A stretch of DNA of 64,000 bases. Source: Alphaproteobacteria bacterium (GTDB taxonomy: Bacteria > Pseudomonadota > Alphaproteobacteria > G963923945). Below, in pieces: positions 56,042 through 64,000 of the stretch; position 1 is the first letter of the stretch; every line of letters begins with the position of its first letter. The stretch is taken from positions 1,058,337-1,122,336 of the forward strand of contig OZ240684.1 of the NCBI GenBank assembly GCA_965199175.1, given 5' to 3'. The notes below the pieces were generated by a model. The model ran no database searches. It was not told where the DNA came from and saw only the letters and a program-made list of their open reading frames with translations. Both the position numbers and the translations under genes were made by a program.

Positions 56042-57004
56042 TCACTGTGACTTTGATGAATCAGAAGCCCTTTTGGCCGGCGGCGTTTGAGACAGCAGAG
56101 ATGTTGCAACAACCCATAAATCAGAGTGATAAGAATAAATTTGTGCTGCTGCCTGCCGGGCTGTTTCAAGATCAGCAAAAAGAGCAAAACATGTTGCACC
56201 ACTCCCCGACATACGGGTCAGCAAAACCCCATCAAGCTGTGACAACATCACCAGAATATCGCGTAAAGAGGGCATCAATTCTGATGCAGCAGCCGTTAAA
56301 TCATTTCTCCGGTCACTCAAAACCGCCACCATCTGTTGGGGGTCCCCAGGATCACAGTCACCCGGAAAGGGAAATGATGCTGAAAAACCGGCCCGATGGG
56401 AACAGGAATAACGTTCAAAAACCGCTGCTGTTGAAAGAGGTTGCTGCGGATTGACCAGTAAAACCCCCAACGGGGGCAGATCAGCAACCGGCAAGAGGCA
56501 CTCGCCAATCCCGGAAACATAAGCCGCCTGACCCTTGAGAAAAAACGGCACATCTGCCCCCAGGCGAAGAGCTGCCTCCCGCATCTTCCGGGTGTTGATA
56601 TCCATCCCCCACAGCAAAGCAAGGCTGCGCATAACGGCGGCTGCATCCGCCGAACCACCACCCAAACCGGCGGCAGGAGGAAGATTCTTGATCAATTTAA
56701 TCCGGACCGAAACTGACTGACCCGCCAGTTCAGCCATAATCTGAGCGGCAGTAAGAGCCAGATTATCCGCCCCCCCTGGAATCTCCAAACCATACCGACC
56801 CTCAGTCTCTAAGGAAAATTCAGAAACCGGGCTGGATGAATCAACAGCAACAAAAACATGATCACCCAGCGCGATAAATGTCATCAGGCTGGCCAGAGTA
56901 TGATACCCATCGGCCCGGCGTCCGGTAATTTCCAAAAACAGATTGATCTTAGCATACGCAAGGCAAGATACCGCCGATTGCATCATCGACCTATCATATG
57001 TCAT
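56042..57004 (-). CDS. ispE: 4-diphosphocytidyl-2-C-methyl-D-erythritol kinase
   Basis: GHMP kinase motifs: KINLFL near the N-terminus and PxGAGLGGGSADAA. Confidence 0.85.
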   Translation of the reverse strand: MTYDRSMMQSAVSCLAYAKINLFLEITGRRADGYHTLASLMTFIALGDHVFVAVDSSSPVSEFSLETEGRYGLEIPGGADNLALTAAQIMAELAGQSVSVRIKLIKNLPPAAGLGGGSADAAAVMRSLALLWGMDINTRKMREAALRLGADVPFFLKGQAAYVSGIGECLLPVADLPPLGVLLVNPQQPLSTAAVFERYSCSHRAGFSASFPFPGDCDPGDPQQMVAVLSDRRNDLTAAASELMPSLRDILVMLSQLDGVLLTRMSGSGATCFALFADLETARQAAAQIYSYHSDLWVVATSLLSQTPPAKRASDSSKSQ

Positions 57005-57106
57005 GGCGAATCGTCATATGCAGAGGAACTTTTCCGCCCATATCGACAACAATATCGACAACAATATCGTCAACACCAACAGCTACCCGGACCTGGAATA
57101 AACAGG

Positions 57107-59047
57107 CTATAATTCAGAATCACTGCGGCGCGTATGCTTTGAATGCTGGTGATCGTCAAGCTTTTTCCGGATTTCAATCGCAGCATCAGGATCAGGATCA
57201 AGGCTTAAGGCGCGTCCCCATTGAAACCGGGCTTCAGAAAATCGGCCCACGCGCCAATAGGCATCGCCCAGATGATCATTGATTGTTGGATCCTGGGGAC
57301 GCAACTCTACCGCGCGTTCCAATTCTCTGACCGCGCCTTCCAGGTCACCTAAATGATACAAAGCCCAACCCAGCGAATCGACAATATAGCCGTCATGGGG
57401 TTTCAACTGCACGGCGCGTTCAATCATTTTTTGGGCACGCTCAAGATGAACACCTTGCTCAACCCAGGAATAACCGAGATAATTCAATACATAAGGCTGA
57501 TCCGGTTTCAGTTCCAGGGCCTGTAAAAAATCGCTTTCAGCCCGCTGCCATTGCTTGGCGCGTTCCAGAGATATTCCTCTGGCATATAACAGATTCCAAT
57601 GTCTGGTATCCAGGTCTCCGATCTGATCAATCGCTTTATCGTAAACGGCGATTGCTTCTTCATAACGTTTCTGCCCACTGAGTAAATCACCAAGATTGAT
57701 CAAAGCATCCGTACGCTCCGGATACATCCCGGTTACATGTTGCAACAACGCAACCGCATCCTCTGTCTCGCCGAGGATATCGGTAATCATGGCAATACGG
57801 ATATCAACCAACCAGCGATAGGGTGTTTGCGGATCAACCTGCCGGTACATTTCCCGGGCGGCCAGCCAGCGTTCCTGAGACTCAAGAATTTCACCGGCTA
57901 AGACTGCAAAAACCGGCATATCCGGTCTTAGATACAGCGCAAAACGGATATAAATCAGGGCCATTTCATGGACATCTTCTTTGTAAAGAGCACGTGCGAT
58001 ATTATAAAATGTCTCAGCAACACCATCCCTGACGTTGCGGACTGCTTTTTTCAGTCCATCATCATGGGCCAATGATTCAGCAAAGAACCAATCTGCTTCA
58101 GAATCAGCATACATTTGGCGCAGAGCCTCAATTTTCTCGTGATTACCGGTCCGCTCAAAGAAATTGATCAAAATCTCCAACAAACGAAACGTTGTTGGCA
58201 CACCGCTATCCAACAAATGAGCATAACGTTCCTGGGCCTGAGTCGTATAGCCGGCAACATCATAAATAAGGCCCACATGAAGCTCATGGAGAATCGCAAA
58301 AGCACTATTTTCAGACAGTTCCTCCAGGGCTTTGAGTGCCAGGTCGGTCTCGCCCCGACCCGCTAAAATCCAGGCCGACAACAAAGGACCAAAATACCGC
58401 CCCAAATTCTTCCGGGAAATTTTCCCTAACCGCCGTTCAGCCAAATCCAGATCATCCGCACCGATTGCAGAAACAATACGCACCAGATTGGCCAAAACAG
58501 CATCTGGCTGTTGTTTAAGAATACGTTCTGCCAACCGGTCTGCTTCATCGAACCGGTTTTCTTCAATCATCAGAATATGGGCCCGGTTGAGAATATCGGG
58601 ATTATCCGGAATCGATTCCAGTGCCCGCAGCATGAAATCACCAGCAACCTGTTTTTGACCGCGCTTGTCGGCCAATAAGCCTGCTAAATAATTGCCCCGG
58701 GCCGAAGCCCCGGATATTTTCCGTGCGTCCTTAGACTCTAAAATCGGATGCTCAGAGTCGAATTGATCCGGTAAATCGGGATCAGATGACGGGGGCGCAG
58801 ACGGGTTGGTTGTGGGTGTGGCCAATTCTGGCGATGGTTCAACACCAGAAAGCTGCTCCCCGGATTGCTCAGCCGATTGCCGGGAATTAGAATTCTGCAC
58901 AAGCGGATCAGGAGCAGCACAGGACCCCAGAATGCCCACAGCCAGAACGCAGAATAAGAGACGACACCACCGGAAGAAAGAAAGACGATACGCCATTCCC
59001 CCAACAGGAAAGAGCCAACCCAATACATGCGCGCTGATGTTCCTCAT
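57107..59047 (-). CDS. TPR-repeat lipoprotein
   Basis: Signal peptide with lipobox ILGSC, then more than ten TPR-like repeats (AxxxYxxAL...P) across 646 aa. Confidence 0.7.
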   Translation of the reverse strand: MRNISAHVLGWLFPVGGMAYRLSFFRWCRLLFCVLAVGILGSCAAPDPLVQNSNSRQSAEQSGEQLSGVEPSPELATPTTNPSAPPSSDPDLPDQFDSEHPILESKDARKISGASARGNYLAGLLADKRGQKQVAGDFMLRALESIPDNPDILNRAHILMIEENRFDEADRLAERILKQQPDAVLANLVRIVSAIGADDLDLAERRLGKISRKNLGRYFGPLLSAWILAGRGETDLALKALEELSENSAFAILHELHVGLIYDVAGYTTQAQERYAHLLDSGVPTTFRLLEILINFFERTGNHEKIEALRQMYADSEADWFFAESLAHDDGLKKAVRNVRDGVAETFYNIARALYKEDVHEMALIYIRFALYLRPDMPVFAVLAGEILESQERWLAAREMYRQVDPQTPYRWLVDIRIAMITDILGETEDAVALLQHVTGMYPERTDALINLGDLLSGQKRYEEAIAVYDKAIDQIGDLDTRHWNLLYARGISLERAKQWQRAESDFLQALELKPDQPYVLNYLGYSWVEQGVHLERAQKMIERAVQLKPHDGYIVDSLGWALYHLGDLEGAVRELERAVELRPQDPTINDHLGDAYWRVGRFSEARFQWGRALSLDPDPDAAIEIRKKLDDHQHSKHTRRSDSEL

Positions 59048-59419
59048 CCGGATACAGCCTGTCTCGATAAAACCTGCCTGGATACAATAACCATTTCTGC
59101 CGCCATTCCTGACATCAGGATATCAGGAACCGAATATCAAAACGTAAGAATACCAGAATTGAGCCTGATCATACACAGAATTTGAGACCGAAAATGATTT
59201 GAGACCGAAAACGCAATCCCGGACCGAAGATACTTGTCACCGGGTAATCTATAATAATCCAAATGAACGACACATGACCAACGTCTCAATCAAGGTTCAA
59301 TGTCTCAATCAAGGTTTCAGAAATATCCTGATACCACTGTACCCCATTCATCGCTACCCTGACAGGTCAGGATTCCCCTTCTCATGGTTGAGAAAGCGGC
59401 AGGCAAACAAAGCTGATCG

Positions 59420-61063
59420 TTACATATTGGAGTAATTGGGGCCACCACCCCCTTCGGGGGGTACCCAGACGATATTTTGCGTAAAATCCTTAATATCGCA
59501 TGTCTTACAATGCAGACAGTTCTGAGCATTGATTTGCAAACGGGATGCCGCACCATCACCGATAATTTCGTAAACACCGGCCGGACAATATCGTTGCTCA
59601 GGTGAATCATATGTATTCAGATTGATATCAATAGCCACAGCGGCATCTTTTAATTTCAGGTGACAGGGTTGGTCTTCTTCGTGATTGGTCCCGGAAAAAG
59701 CCACATTGGTCAACCGGTCGAATGTAAGGCAGCCATCCGGCTTCGGGTAGGTGATTGGTTTGCTTTTGCTCTTATGGTGCAAAGTTTCGTGATCACGATG
59801 GGCGTGTTGCAATGTCCAGGGAGCATGCCCGCGCAAAAAAATCTGATCAAACCCGGCATGGATCATCCCCCGGATCAACCCTTTTTTGAACCCCGGACGA
59901 ACATTGCGCGCCGCCTGGAGTTCCTGAGAAACCCAGGAATTTTTGAAAGATTCGGCATACATGGTCAATTCACGCGGCCCGGCCTGGCCTTGTTCTAAAG
60001 CAGCATGGGCTGCTTCGGCAGCCAGCATACCTGATTTCATGGCTGTATGGCTGCCTTTGATTTTCGGTACATTCAGGGTTCCGGCTTCACAGCCAATCAA
60101 AACACCCCCCGGGAACGTCATTTTGGGGAGTGATTGCCACCCCCCTTCATTCAAAGCCCGGGCACCATAGGCAATACGCCGACCACCCTCAAAAACACCG
60201 CGTATTTTAGGATGTGTTTTGAATCGCTGAAATTCCTCATAGGGGTTCAGATACGGGTTCTCATAATCAAGCCCGATAACCAGACCGACCGAAAGCTGAT
60301 GACCAGCCAGATGATACATGAATGAGCCACCATATACGCTGTTATCAAGCGGCCAGCCAACGCTATGGGTCACCGAACCGGGATGGTGGCGATCCGGATC
60401 AATCTCCCACAGTTCCTTCAGGCCAATCCCGTAGGTTTGGGGCTTGCACCCGGAGCGCAGATGAAAGTGATCCATCAATTCTTTGCCCAGGCTCCCCCGG
60501 CACCCTTCGGCAAAAAAACTATAGCGTGCCTGCAACGCAATCCCCGGCTGATAGGCTGGTTTATGCTCACCATTTTTACCAATCCCCATATCGCCGGTCG
60601 CAACCCCGATGACCGCACCCGAATCGTCATAGAGGATTTCACTGGCGGCAAAGCCGGGATAAATCTCGACCCCGAGGTCTTCGGCCCGTTCACCCAGCCA
60701 ACGACAGAACGCCCCCAGAGAAATGATATAGTTCCCGGTGTTTTGCAGTGCCGAAGGCAGAAAAAAATGCGGTAACGCCAAACCTCTTTTTTCAAAGAGG
60801 TATAAAAAAATTTCCTGGGTGACCGGGGTCTGCACCGGTGTATTCTGCTCTTGCCAGCCGGGAAATAATTCATCAAGGGCGCGTGGCTCTAAGATCGCAC
60901 CCGAAAGAATATGTGCACCAATTTCAGAGCCTTTTTCGACCACGCAAACACTGGTCTGGCGTCCCGATTCCAGGGCCAGCTGCTTCAGGCGGATAGCCGC
61001 TGAAAGACCCGATGGGCCAGCCCCGATAATCACCACATCATACTGCATCGTTTCGCGTGTCAT
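59420..61063 (-). CDS. Electron-transfer flavoprotein:ubiquinone oxidoreductase (ETF-QO)
   Basis: FAD-binding DVVIIGAGPSGLSAA, a C-terminal 4Fe-4S CxxCxxC...C region, and the characteristic ending PPEGGGGPNYSNM. Confidence 0.9.
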   Translation of the reverse strand: MTRETMQYDVVIIGAGPSGLSAAIRLKQLALESGRQTSVCVVEKGSEIGAHILSGAILEPRALDELFPGWQEQNTPVQTPVTQEIFLYLFEKRGLALPHFFLPSALQNTGNYIISLGAFCRWLGERAEDLGVEIYPGFAASEILYDDSGAVIGVATGDMGIGKNGEHKPAYQPGIALQARYSFFAEGCRGSLGKELMDHFHLRSGCKPQTYGIGLKELWEIDPDRHHPGSVTHSVGWPLDNSVYGGSFMYHLAGHQLSVGLVIGLDYENPYLNPYEEFQRFKTHPKIRGVFEGGRRIAYGARALNEGGWQSLPKMTFPGGVLIGCEAGTLNVPKIKGSHTAMKSGMLAAEAAHAALEQGQAGPRELTMYAESFKNSWVSQELQAARNVRPGFKKGLIRGMIHAGFDQIFLRGHAPWTLQHAHRDHETLHHKSKSKPITYPKPDGCLTFDRLTNVAFSGTNHEEDQPCHLKLKDAAVAIDINLNTYDSPEQRYCPAGVYEIIGDGAASRLQINAQNCLHCKTCDIKDFTQNIVWVPPEGGGGPNYSNM

Positions 61064-61330
61064 GGTACAATACTCTGGAAAATGCTCCGGGAAAGAAATC
61101 TACAAATAGGGACTATGCCGCACAACGAAGGCTTTTATATAAACTTAAGAATATACTTAAAATAAACAGAGGACTAAAATAAAGAGATAACTCAAAAAGG
61201 ACTCTATCCATTTTTTTTAAGAATATCCCGACAACCACAATCACAGATCACCACAGCGTAAGTGATGATGGAAACGTAAATGATGATGGAAACGAAATGA
61301 TGTTAAATAAGAAATGATGTTAAATAAGAA

Positions 61331-62281
61331 ATGATGGCTTCTCAAACCGAATATGAATGTTTGCGGTGGCAGATTGAGGCCGGAGCCGATGAAGCCATCC
61401 TTGATCAACCCATCAACCGCTATCATCAACCCCCGGCAACCGACCAGACAACCGGGAAAAACCGGGCTTTTGATCAATCAGTATCCGGTTTTCACGATCC
61501 CTTGCCCGGGCAAGCAGGGGATTCTGCCGGTAGCCCCCATAATGACCCGGTCAAACATCCACCCATAACAGCATCGACACAGCTGCCATCATCAGGCAAT
61601 CCTTCCAATATGCCGGAACCCAATCAGACCTCCCGATCCGGGAATACAGCGATTCATCATCAACAGAGCAGCCAGGCTGCTCGTGATCATGCGCAATCCT
61701 GTCAAACCCTTGATGATCTGCGGGATGCTCTGGAGGCTTTTGATGGCTGCCCACTCAAGGAAACAGCGATGAATCTGGTTTTTTCCGATGGCAATCCTCA
61801 GGCATCGATCATGCTGGTTGGCGAAGCCCCTGGTGCCGATGAGGACCGCCAGGGCCTTCCCTTTGTGGGTGTGAGTGGCAAACTTCTGGACCGGATGATT
61901 GCGACAATCGGCTTCAATCGCCAAAACACATATATCAGCAATATTCTGCCCTGGAGACCCCCGGGAAACCGCAATCCTGCCCCCGATGAAATTGCAGTCT
62001 GCCTGCCCTTTATCGAACGGCATATTGAGTTGATTAACCCGAAAATTCTGATCTTCGTTGGTGGTGTTGCAGCCAAGACGTTGCTGGGTGTCAAAGAGAG
62101 TATCGGCAAACTGCGCGGCCGATGGTTCCCTTATCAATCGCCTGGTCTTGCCCGCCCGATCACCGCTTGTGCTACCTTTCATCCGGCTTATTTGCTGCGC
62201 TCTCCGGCACAAAAACACAAGGCCTGGCAGGATCTTCTTGATATCGAAGCCAAATTGAAAACACTGTCTGAGACGAATTGA
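61331..62281 (+). CDS. Uracil-DNA glycosylase, family 4, with ~120-aa Pro/Ser-rich N-terminal extension
   Basis: Motif [20 protein letters not shown] and the C-terminal FHPAYLLR. Confidence 0.7.
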   Translation: MMASQTEYECLRWQIEAGADEAILDQPINRYHQPPATDQTTGKNRAFDQSVSGFHDPLPGQAGDSAGSPHNDPVKHPPITASTQLPSSGNPSNMPEPNQTSRSGNTAIHHQQSSQAARDHAQSCQTLDDLRDALEAFDGCPLKETAMNLVFSDGNPQASIMLVGEAPGADEDRQGLPFVGVSGKLLDRMIATIGFNRQNTYISNILPWRPPGNRNPAPDEIAVCLPFIERHIELINPKILIFVGGVAAKTLLGVKESIGKLRGRWFPYQSPGLARPITACATFHPAYLLRSPAQKHKAWQDLLDIEAKLKTLSETN

Positions 62282-62510
62282 AACGCTGAGACGTACTGAA
62301 ACGCTGAGACGAACTGAAACGCTGAGACGAACTGAGGCAAAAGACCTGATTTTCTTCCTGACCGGTCATTCAAATACTGGTCATTCAAATCACCGAATCA
62401 TTCAAAATCTTTTTCATCAATGCCTGTATAAAGGCATTATCATACTCAAAATAGAATCATACCGAAAATAGATATCATACTGAGAACAAATATCATACTG
62501 AGGACAGATC

Positions 62511-63041
62511 ATGTCAGGACTGGATCCCAAAATATCGTTTAAGCCGGTTACAATCGCTTTGATGACTGTCTCTGATAGCCGCACTCTGGAAAATGATAAA
62601 TCAGGGGATATCCTGGTTAAGAAAATAGAAGAAGCCGGGCATCATTTGGCTGAACGATTGATCATGCCTGATGAACCTGATCAGATTGCAGCACGCCTCA
62701 GGATATGGATTGATGACCCCCATATTGATGTCGGGATTGCCACCGGCGGGACTGGCCTCACTGGCCGGGATTCGACACCAGAAGCCTTTCAATCAGTTTA
62801 TGAAAAGGAAATTCCCGGCTTTGGAGAAGTTTTTCGCATGCTCAGCTATGCGAAAATCGGTGCATCAACCATTCAGTCACGAACAACCGCCGGGGTGGCA
62901 AACCGAACCTATCTGTTTGCTCTGCCTGGTTCACCGGGAGCCTGCCGTGACGCCTGGGAAGATATTCTCAAATGGCAACTCGACTCGCGGTTCCGGCCGT
63001 GCAATCTGGTCGATTTAATGCCCCGCCTGAAAGAAAAATAA
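62511..63041 (+). CDS. moaB: Molybdenum cofactor biosynthesis protein B (MoaB/MogA family)
   Basis: Motifs IALMTVSDSRT and GGTGLTGRD; 176 aa. Confidence 0.8.
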   Translation: MSGLDPKISFKPVTIALMTVSDSRTLENDKSGDILVKKIEEAGHHLAERLIMPDEPDQIAARLRIWIDDPHIDVGIATGGTGLTGRDSTPEAFQSVYEKEIPGFGEVFRMLSYAKIGASTIQSRTTAGVANRTYLFALPGSPGACRDAWEDILKWQLDSRFRPCNLVDLMPRLKEK

Positions 63042-63194
63042 GCGACAGCTGACTAAAACGCGCGTAACTGAGAGGTGGATGACCGAGAAGCACAGGATAC
63101 TGAGAGATACAGGATACTGAGAGATACAGTATTAAGAGGCATAGTATATTATAAAGCCTGATATGATGAAGCCTGTTGTCTTAATCCTGTTGTA

Positions 63195-63815
63195 TTATAA
63201 TGTCCGTTTCTTTGCTGAATGCTCGCTCATCCAGGCCCGATACGACACCGCATCATCAATATCACGTATCTTTTCCAGAAAACCGGCGGTGAAACACTGT
63301 CCAAGATTGGCCCGGGTATCGGCCAAAGCATGCTCGGTTGACCATCGTACAGATCGGAATAAACCCCATACAGCCAGGGCATGCCGCGCCCCGATGAGCC
63401 AGTATCCACCATCAACCGCCGGACCAAAAACCACATCATGATACCCCAGCAACCGCACAGCAGAAACAATATGGCCCGGTGCAATATCCGGCGCATCTGT
63501 GCCCAGAATAATCACCGGCGCCGGGCCGGCCAGGGATAAAAAACGCCCCATACGCTGACCAAGATCACCTGTCCCTTGTCGATACCGCACAGGACCCTTT
63601 GGCCACAGCCGTTGACAACGCCATGCAGCATCCGGAGTCACCGCCAAAGCCAACCGCCACCGTTTGTCGAATCCCAAACGGCGCACGAGAGAAAATAAGC
63701 TCCGGCGATAAAAGCGGGACGCCGCCAACAAACCAATATCCTTACCCAAACGGGTCTTTACACGACCAAGGCACGGTTGACGGGCAAACAAGACTACCAG
63801 TGGTTGATGTCGCAA
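63195..63815 (-). CDS. DUF2064-family nucleotidyltransferase-like protein
   Basis: N-terminal VVLFARQPCLGRVKTRL and GTDAPD motifs are typical of this glycosyltransferase-A-like family. Confidence 0.55.
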   Translation of the reverse strand: MRHQPLVVLFARQPCLGRVKTRLGKDIGLLAASRFYRRSLFSLVRRLGFDKRWRLALAVTPDAAWRCQRLWPKGPVRYRQGTGDLGQRMGRFLSLAGPAPVIILGTDAPDIAPGHIVSAVRLLGYHDVVFGPAVDGGYWLIGARHALAVWGLFRSVRWSTEHALADTRANLGQCFTAGFLEKIRDIDDAVSYRAWMSEHSAKKRTL

Positions 63816-64000
63816 TAAATAAAACTCCCCTCATGGGTATCATTGCATATCCCGGGAAAATCAGCACCCCATGCGAGGAATCATCCTGATTCAGTCATAT
63901 CCAGACAATAGTGAAGAAAAATACATATAAAAACAAACAGATAACGTCTTTGTTCAATCACTCTGGGTCAGGAATATTTCCATAGAAAGAGACTGAATAT

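Noticed and set aside
59420-59470. GGGG-rich stretch at the ETF-QO 3' end as another copy of the phage palindrome
   Set aside because: It encodes the native conserved ETF-QO C-terminus (PPEGGGGPNY) and lacks the palindromic stem.

Overview
This 64-kb window is a proteobacterial chromosome segment of roughly 50% GC (taxon not determinable from sequence alone), made of housekeeping genes interleaved with three accessory blocks.

(1) 1-4,933: an island-like module at a tRNA-fMet gene. Its last ~840 bp (the 3' end of a gene for a Q/P-rich protein plus the tRNA 3' half) is directly repeated at the window start. The module encodes a 762-aa secreted protein built from three large internal repeats, and neither protein resembles a family I recognise.

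(2) 5.2-25.2 kb: a sigma54-controlled [NiFe]-hydrogenase island. The small subunit has no Tat signal, while the large subunit has a C-terminal extension and a cognate maturation endopeptidase (HupD-like), which is the cyanobacterial/Huc-like group 2a layout. It also carries a HucE-like NifU-Rieske iron-sulfur protein, an NHL-repeat protein, a TPR protein, two tandem Cys-motif paralogs, and hypFCDE, a HupE/UreJ-like Ni transporter, hypA and hypB. The whole island is bracketed by ~125-bp direct repeats at 7,460-7,590 and 25,076-25,190 and sits next to decayed genes.

(3) 38.0-56.0 kb: a prophage remnant abutting tRNA-Gln. It runs Mu-type TerS/TerL/portal/MuF, then head-tail joining genes, then a lambda-like siphovirus tail (tail-assembly chaperone (TAC), tape measure, M/L/K/J-like proteins, a collar-domain tail fibre and Tfa). 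It has no recognisable protease, scaffold, major capsid or integrase. It is uniquely invaded by a GC-rich palindromic repeat family, including an in-frame copy inside the MuF gene and a 3.7-unit tandem array.

Other genes: argC; a lower-GC 481-aa PD-(D/E)XK nuclease-like protein (candidate single-gene defence); a gamma-carbonic-anhydrase-like protein; phaC; an OmpA-like lipoprotein; an alaC-like aminotransferase; hom; tRNA-Cys, tRNA-Asn and tRNA-Gln; an arsM-like methyltransferase; ispE; a TPR lipoprotein; ETF-QO; a family-4 UDG; moaB; and a DUF2064 protein.
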